A stretch of DNA of 64,000 nt from positions 172,017 to 236,016 of IMG/VR virus record IMGVR_UViG_3300049043_000112; one strand, 5' to 3'. A program made the position numbers and the translations under genes. The notes beneath the pieces were generated by a model that was not told where the DNA came from, searched no databases, and saw nothing but the letters and a program-made list of their open reading frames with translations. This document shows, in pieces, positions 30,074-40,205 of this stretch. Every line of letters starts with the position of its first letter. The first letter of the stretch is position 1.

Positions 30074-30982
30074 TCGAAACACCTCCGATAAGCATTCCAA
30101 TAATCAACAGTCTCCTTAGGAACAATCTCTTGCCATTCGGAAAGACCACGAATTAGATCAGTCGTGTATCGATATCCAATAATTTCTTTTTCAAGATTGG
30201 TCACAAGGTCCTGAACGTTCCTATCTTGAAACACAGATGCTTTATTATAAACAAGACTGTTTGGAAAATAATGTTGAAGAACATATCCACCCCAAATGTC
30301 ATCCATACGACCAACGTGTGGAAATACAGAATAATATGGAATCACTTCCCGAGCAAGAAATGTATTCTGACTATTAAATGGTGAAATAGATGTAGAACCA
30401 TAAGGACCTTGGATCTTATCATACTTAACAATAGGACGAATAGAAAGTCGTGCCATTGCGTCAATATCAGGATCACCATCCCAAAGATCTGCCTGTACCA
30501 GAACTCTACGTTTTAATTTTCCACCATAAAAAACTCTATCTCTATAAGGAACTAAGATCAATTGGATATCCACGGTGCCATACTTGATTGTGTTCTGTAA
30601 CTGAAAGAGGATCAAATACCCCAAGATCAGTATTATAAAAATCAATCTCTACAGTTTCACCAACAACAACATTTGTTCCCCAACTATCATACGGTATATT
30701 GTCATCATCAACAGTCGCTACAATATCAGCACCACGATTATATGCCTCAACAAACCCAATATTACGACGTTGAATAGATTTCCATCCAATCGTCTCACTC
30801 AATTCTGGGTACGTCTTTTCCTGATATTCTGGAGAAAGATAAATGCAGTTTAAATTTTCATAGTCGTAGTGTGGTGTTTTGGTATCACCAACCACGATCA
30901 AAGTCCAATCTTCCTTTCTTGAATACTTAATTGTAGCAAGAGTAGGGTGATTAATTGTTGTCGTTACAATATACTTATTCAC
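30070..30982 (-). CDS. STELLO/DUF288-like glycosyltransferase-related protein (frameshift at about 30555)
   Basis: VVGDTKTP, RRNIG, TVDDDN, DGDPDIDA and RMDDIW; the two ORFs join by removing one T. Confidence 0.7.
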
Positions 30983-31857
30983 ATCAAATACTTTTCAACG
31001 AAATGTTTAGTAGTGTAGTTGTTCACTGCCTTATTATAAGCGTTTTTTCTCATATAGTCAAATTCATTATAATGACTGATGATATGCGATAATTTTTTGT
31101 CCAAATCTGCCTCATCATCAAAATACATAAAATCTTTATTTGGTTCAAAGAAATACTCAATTGGATTCCAAGGATCTCTCTGACAAAGAATTACACATTT
31201 GGCAAAAGCTGCTTCAAACATTCTCGATTTGACTTGTGGCGCCATTCCTCTATCAAGATGTGTAAATGCGTTATTTTCTCTCCCTTTTGGAAAATTATAA
31301 TAGTTTTCAGCAGTAGGTGGGTCTATATTACAAAGACCGTGAACAACAGCAACCTTAGTCTCTGATAACATTTTTATTTTATCAGCATAGGAGCATCTAG
31401 GAACATTACCCATACTATAGTGACCAAATCTAAAGTTATATTTGGTAAACACATGTTCAATATAACTTTGCCAGGGAACTAATCTTGGAAGACTTCCAAA
31501 ATAAGAAACATCAATTGTCTTTTCTCTTTCTTCTGGAATCCAATCCTCACTGAAAGGAAAAAATACAAGAGTTCGATTATCAAACAATTCTGCAGTGTAA
31601 GGACAAAGTGTTAAGATTGTATCTGCCTTTTCGTGAAGAATTGATTTAGGACCTTGAACAACACAAAAGTTTGGTTCTTCTAATGTTAAAGCAACCTTTT
31701 CTTTATCATCATAATTTCCAGAATAAAGGTCATTATAAAAATCTGCCATAAAAAGATAACAATCCCTAGCAGTATTTTCATACTTTTCAAAATTCATGTA
31801 ATATAATGGATCTTCAGTAAGACCATTTTCTGGTCTTAAAAAATTTAAAACTTTCAT
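30979..31857 (-). CDS. Glycosyltransferase (CgeB/Glyco_trans_1_2-like)
   Basis: C-terminal SRMFEAAF...F....D...F.....L pattern. Confidence 0.7.
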   Translation of the reverse strand: MKVLNFLRPENGLTEDPLYYMNFEKYENTARDCYLFMADFYNDLYSGNYDDKEKVALTLEEPNFCVVQGPKSILHEKADTILTLCPYTAELFDNRTLVFFPFSEDWIPEEREKTIDVSYFGSLPRLVPWQSYIEHVFTKYNFRFGHYSMGNVPRCSYADKIKMLSETKVAVVHGLCNIDPPTAENYYNFPKGRENNAFTHLDRGMAPQVKSRMFEAAFAKCVILCQRDPWNPIEYFFEPNKDFMYFDDEADLDKKLSHIISHYNEFDYMRKNAYNKAVNNYTTKHFVEKYLM

Positions 31858-32618
31858 AGAACCTCATTAATGTCTTCTTGGGTAAGAATATAAACCCCCA
31901 TATGTTGAACCGATTTGGAAGCAAGATAAACTGCTTTTGGAATCGCAATATTTAAATCTCTAGTATGTAGATAAAAATAACAAAGAGTTGCTAGAAAAAC
32001 ATCTCCAGCGCCAGTTACATCAAATACATCAACCTGAGGAGACCGATAAACATTATCTCTCCACTTTGCCCCCATTTTACCCAGCGTAACAACTAATTCA
32101 CAATCATCTGGTAAACTTTTCATCTTATTCTCTTCATCATTATTAATTTTGATGATGGAGTTATTAAAATATTTTAGATCTGGATTTTTACTATCAACAA
32201 AAACTGGACCTCCAAACTTATTACATAACTCAGAAATTTTTTCAAAGTCAACTATTCCCTTACAATAATCAGATATGACTACAGCATCATATCGTTTACA
32301 ATCTGGGATTTCTACAGCATCAACTTGATGTCCAAGATCTTCTCTTAGAAGAAGCTGATTTGATTTGGTATCAACAAATCTTCTTTTAATTAACTGATCT
32401 GGATCATTGGTAATAAAATCAACATCCAACCCATAAGCAAGTAAGTTTTCTCTTACGTTTGCTGCCATTCCTGGACGGACTTCTTCTGCCCTGTAATCAA
32501 ATACAGGAACGGGTGCCTCCGCACATAACCTGTCGCAGACACCATAATGATAAATGTCTTTACAAGACTCACCGATAAGCAATACCTTGAATTGTTCTTG
32601 TTGTTGAATATTCTCCAA
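31854..32618 (-). CDS. PfkB-family sugar kinase (HldE/RfaE kinase-like domain)
   Basis: PGMAANV, ISDYCKG and DVTGAGD motifs; probable TTG start at 32618. Confidence 0.85.
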   Translation of the reverse strand: MENIQQQEQFKVLLIGESCKDIYHYGVCDRLCAEAPVPVFDYRAEEVRPGMAANVRENLLAYGLDVDFITNDPDQLIKRRFVDTKSNQLLLREDLGHQVDAVEIPDCKRYDAVVISDYCKGIVDFEKISELCNKFGGPVFVDSKNPDLKYFNNSIIKINNDEENKMKSLPDDCELVVTLGKMGAKWRDNVYRSPQVDVFDVTGAGDVFLATLCYFYLHTRDLNIAIPKAVYLASKSVQHMGVYILTQEDINEVL

Positions 32619-32967
32619 TTCTGTTAAAGAACTGAACTGATTTAGCATAATGCCCACCTACAACCTCTTTACCTTTCCAATCAGAACCAACAATCATTAT
32701 ATCAGGATTAATTGTTTTTATCAATTCTTCAAGTTCTTCTTTAGTATTAAAGATATGAACAACATCAATATAACGAATTGATTCTAAAACTGAAGAACGA
32801 TCTTTCTGATTAAAAATAGGTCTATCTGGACCTTTCATTCCTGCAACTTTTTCGTCAGAATCAATTGCAACAATTAGATAATCACCAAGAGACCTAGCAT
32901 ATTTAAATAATTCAATATGCCCAGGGTGAAGAACATCAAAACAACCATTTACAAAAATTACTTTCAT
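32569..32967 (-). CDS. Cytidylyl/adenylyltransferase (HldE/RfaE domain II-like)
   Basis: NGCFDVLHPGH (HxGH), KG..RPI and YSTT. Confidence 0.9.
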   Translation of the reverse strand: MKVIFVNGCFDVLHPGHIELFKYARSLGDYLIVAIDSDEKVAGMKGPDRPIFNQKDRSSVLESIRYIDVVHIFNTKEELEELIKTINPDIMIVGSDWKGKEVVGGHYAKSVQFFNRIGEYSTTRTIQGIAYR

Positions 32968-33455
32968 TTTTCCCCCATTGCCATAAAAGAATTGTTTAGA
33001 TCAATACCAGAAACAAATAGATTTTTATATCCACGATCGCTCATATAAGTACTAATTATTTCTGGAGTGAAAGAATGTTTATGCTTTCTGTTATTCCAGG
33101 GTCTCCAATACTTTTGACTAAAATCTGGAAGATACAAAAACAACACCCCACCATCCACAAGACAATCATACCAATAATTCATCGTATCAACCCAATCATC
33201 AACGTGTTCTAAACAATGACTGGAAAAAATATAATCTGGATCTTTTTCTGGAAGATGATTAGCATCCCAAGGATCATCAAAACTTAAATCAATTGGAGTT
33301 GAACCTGGTAAAGACCATTCTTGTTTCATACACCCAATATCATACCCAAAACCAAAACACACTTTCTTAGCAAAAGGAATAGCAAACTGAGATGCGTTTC
33401 CGATTGTTTGAAAGTGTGGATATTTAGTTCCTTGATAATGAATTGTTTTAATCAT
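32964..33455 (-). CDS. Class I SAM-dependent methyltransferase
   Basis: DIGC...D.IFSSHCLEH...L..GG.L. Confidence 0.75.
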   Translation of the reverse strand: MIKTIHYQGTKYPHFQTIGNASQFAIPFAKKVCFGFGYDIGCMKQEWSLPGSTPIDLSFDDPWDANHLPEKDPDYIFSSHCLEHVDDWVDTMNYWYDCLVDGGVLFLYLPDFSQKYWRPWNNRKHKHSFTPEIISTYMSDRGYKNLFVSGIDLNNSFMAMGEK

Positions 33456-34203
33456 TGATAATTCCAAGGTAAATTAAATAAGTATCTTGTTTGTGACCAA
33501 TCACCCCAACGATGATGAAGGAACATTGGTTTATCTTTTACTTTATCAAATAACTCAGAACTTTCAAAAAGATAATTCCAAGAAGTCTCTATAAAATTAT
33601 ATGCAGATGCATTTTCAATAACTTTACACCAATCAAATAATGAGTACCCTTCAATATGACTCACTTCAACAACTTTTGCTCCACCATAATCTGCAGGATT
33701 TACAGATATTCTATCACATATTTCAATTTGTGGTCTTGTACACCAATAGCGATTTACAAGAACATAAGTATCATCGTCTGTTAATCCAAGTACATCATAA
33801 AAAAGTTTATGCTCTTTTTCTTGATTACGAACAAACTTAATATAATCTCTCCAGTCTCTCCAATCTAGACCAATACTATCATACTTTCCTGCCATAATAG
33901 GATTTACTGATATGAATCCTTGAAAATAAAATAGTTTATCAGTAATTTCAGTTTGTTTTTCTGGAAGATAATACTCCACACCAGGGAAATTAACATGCTC
34001 TGGTAATGGTGGACGAGTTAATTTTGCTTGTTTATCATCCCAAGAAACAAAATTAAAATCTGGGATGTAATCATTTAACCATTCAAATTCATAAACAACT
34101 GGCAGTAAACTTCATAACCAAGATTTTTGATATGATATGCTAGTTTTTGAAGAAATAAAATATCTCCAAGACCACAAGGTTGATAAATTAATCCTGTTTT
34201 CAT
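33452..34203 (-). CDS. Putative glycosyltransferase, GLGD family paralog 1 (frameshift at about 34103)
   Basis: Manual N-terminus MKTGLIYQPCGLGDILFLQK joins ORF 33452..33979 by restoring one G (YWPVVYEFEWL). Confidence 0.7.
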
Positions 34204-34922
34204 TCTCCCTCCATTGGAGTCATTTCTTTCCATTCATCTCTAGTATATTGTATCCACTGCCAGGGTTTTTTCAAAATTCCATCATAAACTCTTTCAGCGT
34301 ATTTGTAATGTCTTGGATGAATTGTAAGTCTAGTTGCTTTAAGATTTAAAGTTTCTATTATATAATGTATTGAAGTATCTACTGAATGAATTTCTTCAGC
34401 ATTTTCAAATATCCAACACCAATCAAATACTTTACCATCTGGAACATTTGCATCCATTACAATAACTTTACCATCATATCCTTCTGGAACCTGTTTAAAG
34501 ACTCCATTCATTGGTTTATAAACACTATAGTAAGGATTGATAAAAATAAAAGGTTCTCCTTTTTCAATTCCCAGACTCTTTCTTAAATTTTCTTCTCTCT
34601 CTACATTTCTATTATACTTAAAATAATCTTGCCAGTCATCATAAGAAATTCCTAATCCCTCATATTTTGTTCCCATTACATCCCAATGTCCTCTAGGTTT
34701 AGGAAAGTTTGAAAGATTTACAACTCCAACATCATTAAAGGGAATTTGGAGATGACCTTGAGGACCAATGTAAGAATCAGTAATCATTTGATCAACTCCA
34801 GAAGTCCAACAAGAATAATTTACTGGATGATAAACTGTATGTTGCTAAGATAAAACTGAAACTATCTTTTGAATAAAAAAGATATCTCCCAATCCACCTG
34901 CTTGCTCAATGATAATATTCAT
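34200..34922 (-). CDS. Putative glycosyltransferase, GLGD family paralog 2 (in-frame TAG at 34845..34847)
   Basis: MNIIIEQAGGLGDIFFIQKIVSVLS*QHTVYHPV is in frame with ORF 34200..34787. Confidence 0.7.
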
Positions 34923-35902
34923 CAGTTAATCTTATCGTACCAATACTTAATAAGGTCATTCAGAGTGGTTTCAATATCATACTCTTCTTTAAATCCAGTC
35001 AGTTCTACAAGGTTTGTAGAATCTCCGTGTTGATAATAAATTTCGTGTGGACGCCAGAAAGGTTCGTGAATTTTCTGTTCAACATGATTCAATCCAGAAA
35101 GTTCAATCAATTTATCAGTGAAAAACTGCATCTTACGAGGAGTATCTCCACAGATATTAAAGATATGATTAGTCACTTCAGGATGAATCATTGCAAGATA
35201 ATATGCTCTTACAGTGTCACGAACATCCATTACAACACGAGTCGTACTTAGATTACCAACAAGAAGAACAGGATCTTGAAGACCTTTCATCATCCGTGCA
35301 ATCTGATAAGCATCCGATGAGATTGAAAAGATTTTACCTCTACGAGGTCCAGTGTGTGAAAAAGCACGAGTGATGAATCCTTTTACGAATCCATTTTGCA
35401 TACGTTCCTGAAGGTAAACATCAGTTGCTGCTTTAGAGGCGCCATAAGGATTTGCAGGAAGAATTATATCTTCCCAATGAATCTTACGACCATCCTGTCC
35501 TACGTTCCCATAAACTTCAGATGTGGAACAGAACATTAACTTACAATCTGACTGGTGATCTACAATCACTTGAATCAGATTTGCACTTCCCATCACATTT
35601 GTTTCCATTGTTCCAATTGGATCAATGAAACTAGAAGGTGGGTGAGACTGTGCTGCTAGATGAAAAACACCATCAAACTGATACTTTTCAAATACATTTC
35701 TCAGTGACCGATAATTGCAAAGATTTGCATAGAGAAAGGTAATTGAATTATAAACTTCATCAGGAACTACGTCACGAATATCGGTCTCCATTCCATTGGT
35801 ACGACGAATCAAACCATAAACTTCATGCCCTTCGGAATGAAGAAGATTTGCTAGGTGAGGACCAGCAAATCCAGTAATACCAGTAATTAAAAACTTTGCC
35901 AT
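34922..35902 (-). CDS. gmd: GDP-mannose 4,6-dehydratase-like
   Basis: ITGITGFAG, HLAAQSH, STSEVYG, PYGASK and FSHTGPRR. Confidence 0.8.
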   Translation of the reverse strand: MAKFLITGITGFAGPHLANLLHSEGHEVYGLIRRTNGMETDIRDVVPDEVYNSITFLYANLCNYRSLRNVFEKYQFDGVFHLAAQSHPPSSFIDPIGTMETNVMGSANLIQVIVDHQSDCKLMFCSTSEVYGNVGQDGRKIHWEDIILPANPYGASKAATDVYLQERMQNGFVKGFITRAFSHTGPRRGKIFSISSDAYQIARMMKGLQDPVLLVGNLSTTRVVMDVRDTVRAYYLAMIHPEVTNHIFNICGDTPRKMQFFTDKLIELSGLNHVEQKIHEPFWRPHEIYYQHGDSTNLVELTGFKEEYDIETTLNDLIKYWYDKIN

Positions 35903-35903
35903 A

Positions 35904-36602
35904 TCAGTTTGGAATAAATTTTGGATTTTTAGAGAAAGGTATGTATTGAACGTCTGAATGATGTAGACCTTGATACATATAATATTTTGTTGCTTTTAAA
36001 TTTAACTTATCAAGTATGTAATTAATGCCAGTATGTACTGTATGAATTTCTCTGGCATTTTCAAAAACTTTGCACCAATCAAATAATGTGAATCCTTCAA
36101 TAATTTTTAATTCAACTATAGAAGAATCAAAAGTAAGATTATCTAAAACATTAGAATATTTTGGGTCTACACTAGCCATTTTGTTAATAAAAACAAAATC
36201 AGTATTATCAGTTAATCCTAGTACATTATAATAAAGTTCATTCTCTTTGTCAATGTTTCTTTCGAAACAAAAATAATCGAACCAATCACTATCGCTACTA
36301 TCAATTAAAAGATACTTAGATTCCATAATTCTTTTTCCAGGAAGTTGAAATCCATCTGGAGATAAAAATAAAAAATTATCTTTTTCCATTGCAAACTGTC
36401 CACTATAATAATATTCTTTTCCAGGAAAATCATCACTTAATTTGCAAAAGGAAACACCCTTTACATAGTCACTTATCCAAAAAACATCATCGCGTAGTGG
36501 CAGAATAACTTGATATCCATTTTCTTTTAGAATGGAAGCAAACTTTTGGAGGTAAAAAACATCACCCAATCCTACAGGTTGTTTTATAAGTGCGGTCTTC
36601 AT
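35904..36602 (-). CDS. Putative glycosyltransferase, GLGD family paralog 3
   Basis: MKTALIKQPVGLGDVFYLQK...TLFDWCKVFENA.EIH. Confidence 0.7.
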   Translation of the reverse strand: MKTALIKQPVGLGDVFYLQKFASILKENGYQVILPLRDDVFWISDYVKGVSFCKLSDDFPGKEYYYSGQFAMEKDNFLFLSPDGFQLPGKRIMESKYLLIDSSDSDWFDYFCFERNIDKENELYYNVLGLTDNTDFVFINKMASVDPKYSNVLDNLTFDSSIVELKIIEGFTLFDWCKVFENAREIHTVHTGINYILDKLNLKATKYYMYQGLHHSDVQYIPFSKNPKFIPN

Positions 36603-37255
36603 TGTTCTTTTACAAAAACCGCATCTCCCCAATTTTTATCACCACTTAATTCAGTTTCAATATGTACAAAACTAAATGGTTTTAAATAATCATAAATCTC
36701 ATCAAATAGAGGATTATTATGATAAGGAGCATTGTATAAAGTTACTTCAGAATTAATGTACGAAACAGATTTGAGCAACTTAGACGCACCTTTGCAAATC
36801 ATAAGTTCCGCACCCTGAGTGTCCATATTCAAAAGATCAAAACCATATCCTAATTGATTTCTTTCAAGAAAAGTATCTAAAGTAAGTGAATTTAGTTTGA
36901 TTGTTCCACGATAACATTCAGAACCCCACCAAGAATTTTTAGCTTTAAGAATAGATGACATTCCTTTATTGCCAATAAGATGCCCAGCATCCCACCCATA
37001 ATAAAGATGAAAGTCTGTTTCAACATCATCTTTATCTGATACCAAACAATTAAATGGTAAACTCTTTACTTGATTGATATTCATAATTTTAAGATTCTCC
37101 AAAAGTTCTTCATAAACTTCTGGATTTGCTTCAACCCAAACAACTTCTTCTACACCCATTTCAAGATATTGTGGAAGTTCTCCACCTCTATCTGCACCAA
37201 CGTGAAGTACTTTTTTAATTGATTTAGATTTAAAATATTCAGATTTAAATGACAT
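36599..37255 (-). CDS. FkbM-family methyltransferase
   Basis: LHVGA..G, VEANP, TLDTF and NMDTQGAEL. Confidence 0.88.
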   Translation of the reverse strand: MSFKSEYFKSKSIKKVLHVGADRGGELPQYLEMGVEEVVWVEANPEVYEELLENLKIMNINQVKSLPFNCLVSDKDDVETDFHLYYGWDAGHLIGNKGMSSILKAKNSWWGSECYRGTIKLNSLTLDTFLERNQLGYGFDLLNMDTQGAELMICKGASKLLKSVSYINSEVTLYNAPYHNNPLFDEIYDYLKPFSFVHIETELSGDKNWGDAVFVKEQ

Positions 37256-37265
37256 TCAAAACTCC

Positions 37266-37895
37266 TTATTCGCCTATAATTGTAGAACGAATTTTAGATT
37301 CTTCGGAATCTATTGGATACGCAAGCATATAACCTTGGTCCGCATAATGTTCTACAAGAACGTGAGTTTTTCCAATTAATTCTTCAATGAAATCGCAGTT
37401 TTTTGCACCTGCAGTTGCTCTAAATTCCCAAGAACCAGCTTCATATGGACCATCTTTATAAACACGAAGATCGTCTATAACAAATACATCTTTAGATATA
37501 TCTCTATTCTCAGAAAGAATTTTTAATTCAACTTCTAAAGGAATTCTTTTAGAGTCATCTTTTTCTGCATCATATTTTTGCCCTTTGTAATCTGCTCCGG
37601 GAAAGTGAGCATCTAACCAGTATAAAGTAGGATGATTATTTAATTCATCAACTACTTTAAACATTTCATCTTTCGAATATCCATTATAAAATTTTACTTT
37701 ATTATCTAAAAATAGTTTTAAAAGTCGATTATAAAGTTCTTCATCTAATTCTATACCATACAGATCTTCAAACAAATTAGAATCAAGAGCAATTTTCATA
37801 CTCGATCCGTCACCTGTTCCAGTTTCAACAAAGTTTTTAATTTCATATTCTTGTACAAGAATATCTAATTTGATTGGATGATTAATGATTCCCAT
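37266..37895 (-). CDS. Methyltransferase-like hypothetical protein
   Basis: FVETGT..G, YWLDAH and IDD motifs. Confidence 0.65.
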   Translation of the reverse strand: MGIINHPIKLDILVQEYEIKNFVETGTGDGSSMKIALDSNLFEDLYGIELDEELYNRLLKLFLDNKVKFYNGYSKDEMFKVVDELNNHPTLYWLDAHFPGADYKGQKYDAEKDDSKRIPLEVELKILSENRDISKDVFVIDDLRVYKDGPYEAGSWEFRATAGAKNCDFIEELIGKTHVLVEHYADQGYMLAYPIDSEESKIRSTIIGE

Positions 37896-37896
37896 T

Positions 37897-38697
37897 TTAG
37901 TTAAAATAGTTAAGGTAAATAAAGTCTTCTAGGATTTCCATCTCCTTTGCTTTTTCAAGATTTTCTTGAATAGCATTCATTTTCGAATAATAAATTTTTT
38001 CAGAAACTTCAAATTCTTCCGATAAGTCTATTATACCATCTTTATTGAAGAGTTTACCAATATCAGGTGCTCCAAGATAAACTGGTATAGTTCCTGTAGC
38101 AAAACAATCTAAAAGTTTTTCAGTGAAGTAAGTTTCATACTGACCGTTTTCAATTGCAACTGAAAACATATAATCGCAGAGTCCTTCTTCCTTTAAATCA
38201 ATTTCTTTGAATCCACGACCATAAAGATCTACTTGGTCTCCAATTCTTTCAATCCATTCAAGTCTTTTGAGATGCCCCTCACACATTCTTTTGTTTGAAG
38301 AAATCATAGAAATCATTTTTGATTTCTCATAAATTTTTGGTTCTTGAATCCAAAATCCCTGTGCAGGTACCCACTTAAACTTATCACCCAAAGAAAGAAG
38401 TCTTTGGTCGTGAGTGAAAATAATTTCATAAGTATTTTCAACTAACTCACGATTTTCAATAATACTCTCAACAAGACCCTGTTTAATAAATTTTGATTCT
38501 AATAACCAAAGATATTTGGTTCCTGTTCTGGTATCATTGATTCCTTCTGCGATTGTATTATCAATATAGAAGGTGGCATCACCACCCCGCTTTACCCACT
38601 CTATGTACTTTGATACTTTTCCGTGAACAGAATAACCTTTGTTACCACCAGTTAAATGTGTGAAAGTATCTCCAACCAGATTAAACTTTTTTCGCAT
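37897..38697 (-). CDS. GT10 (alpha-1,3-fucosyltransferase)-like protein
   Basis: YMFSVAIEN...YFTEKLLDCF..GTIPVYLG. Confidence 0.85.
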   Translation of the reverse strand: MRKKFNLVGDTFTHLTGGNKGYSVHGKVSKYIEWVKRGGDATFYIDNTIAEGINDTRTGTKYLWLLESKFIKQGLVESIIENRELVENTYEIIFTHDQRLLSLGDKFKWVPAQGFWIQEPKIYEKSKMISMISSNKRMCEGHLKRLEWIERIGDQVDLYGRGFKEIDLKEEGLCDYMFSVAIENGQYETYFTEKLLDCFATGTIPVYLGAPDIGKLFNKDGIIDLSEEFEVSEKIYYSKMNAIQENLEKAKEMEILEDFIYLNYFN

Positions 38698-39736
38698 TGA
38701 TTTGCTCACTAATCCATGCATAAGTCTTGGCAATTCCTTCTTCAAGAGTTTGCGAATAATCCCAACCAAGTTCTCTACGAACTACATCATTATTAGAGTT
38801 ACGTCCACGAACTCCAAGAGGAGCATCAAGTTTATATTGTTTCTGTACTTCTTTACCTGCAACCTTAGCAGCGGTATCCACCAGTTGATTAATGGTTACC
38901 ATTTCTTCTGAACCAATATTTACTGGTCCGATAAACTCAGAATCCATCATACGACGGGTTGCTTCAATACACTCATCAATATAAAGGAATGAACGAGTCT
39001 GTTTTCCATCACCCCAAACTTCTATGGTCCCACCCTCTACGGGCAAATAGGCAACCTTACGGCAGATTGCTGCAGGGGCTTTCTCACGTCCCCCTTGCCA
39101 GGTTCCCTCAGGTCCAAAAATATTGTGATACCGAGCAACCCTAACAGGGATGCCATAATTACGGTGGTAAGCAAAGTATAGACGTTCAGAGAAGAGTTTT
39201 TCCCATCCATATTCAGAATCTGGGTTAGCAGGATAAGCGGATTCTTCACGACAATCAGGATTATCAGGATCTAGTTGATTATGCTCTGGATACATACAGG
39301 CAGAACCAGAATAGAAAATCTTGGTAGTGTTTTTACCATACTGTTCATTCATTTTATGCTGCATCTCAAGAACATTAAGATTGATGGTTGCAGAATTATG
39401 CATAATATCTGCATCATTTTCACCAGTAAAGACAAATCCTGCACCACCCATATCAGCGGCAAACTGATAGATTTCATCAAAGGTTTGAATATAACGATAG
39501 GGAACTGATTGATAGAAGTTACCTCTGTCACCCTTATATTCAAGGACACGACGAACGAAATTTACATCTCGAAGATCTCCAAGAATAAATTCATTTGCTT
39601 CGTGTTGAGAAAATTCTGGATACTTAAGGTCTACACCACGAACCCAATATCCTTCGGATCGTAATCTACGAACCATATGACTTCCAATGAAACCACCAGC
39701 ACCAAGTACAAGTGCTTTCTTAATATACTGACTCAT
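38681..39736 (-). CDS. GDP-mannose 3,5-epimerase-like / WcaG-type NAD-dependent epimerase
   Basis: GAGGFIG, QFAADMGGAGF, YGWEKLFSE and REKAPAA. Confidence 0.88.
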   Translation of the reverse strand: MSQYIKKALVLGAGGFIGSHMVRRLRSEGYWVRGVDLKYPEFSQHEANEFILGDLRDVNFVRRVLEYKGDRGNFYQSVPYRYIQTFDEIYQFAADMGGAGFVFTGENDADIMHNSATINLNVLEMQHKMNEQYGKNTTKIFYSGSACMYPEHNQLDPDNPDCREESAYPANPDSEYGWEKLFSERLYFAYHRNYGIPVRVARYHNIFGPEGTWQGGREKAPAAICRKVAYLPVEGGTIEVWGDGKQTRSFLYIDECIEATRRMMDSEFIGPVNIGSEEMVTINQLVDTAAKVAGKEVQKQYKLDAPLGVRGRNSNNDVVRRELGWDYSQTLEEGIAKTYAWISEQINAKKV

Positions 39737-39760
39737 AAAATCATAAACTCTATAGTATGT

Positions 39761-39797
39761 ATTATACTAAAAAAGGTGGGTTTATGCAACCCACCTT
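39761..39797 (-). promoter_or_regulatory. Terminator hairpin overlapping a sigma70-type promoter for the glycan cluster
   Basis: AAGGTGGG/CCCACCTT plus T-run, containing TTGCAT-17-TATAAT. Confidence 0.7.
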
Positions 39798-39808
39798 CCG
39801 TATTTTAG

Positions 39809-39935
39809 GTTCGCCATGCACGCCACCAATTCTTTAACTGGAAATTGGAAACCAGGCGGGAGAGAGTCCCATCCGCACCACTTGCTTTTAAGGGAAAGCA
39901 AGAAACCAAATAGGGTCATATTTGACTCCACCAGT
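39809..39935 (-). ncRNA. wcaG RNA motif-like structured RNA
   Basis: Several UGGYG elements, CCAAUU/AAUUGG and CUUGC/GCAAG stems, CUGG/CCAG pseudoknot potential; lies upstream of a WcaG-type epimerase. Confidence 0.65.
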
Positions 39936-39942
39936 ATAAGTT

Positions 39943-40179
39943 TTAAGTCATTCCAGGACTAATATAAAGTTGGATTAACTTTGATATTTCGGTAATACCA
40001 AAGAACGCACATAAAATTAGCACGTCCCAAAGTTTAAGTTTGATAGCAAAGGGAACTGTAAGTAGTCCACCAATAAGTTTTATTATCAAACCATATTTAA
40101 AATCTCCCCATAACATAGTTTGATAACCAATTATAAGGAGAAGGTTCCCAAGATATCTTAGGATACTTATTTTAGACAT
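39943..40179 (-). CDS. Small membrane protein
   Basis: 78 aa, three hydrophobic segments. Confidence 0.65.
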   Translation of the reverse strand: MSKISILRYLGNLLLIIGYQTMLWGDFKYGLIIKLIGGLLTVPFAIKLKLWDVLILCAFFGITEISKLIQLYISPGMT

Positions 40180-40205
40180 AAGGGGTTTGCTCCCGACCAG
40201 TGCTG

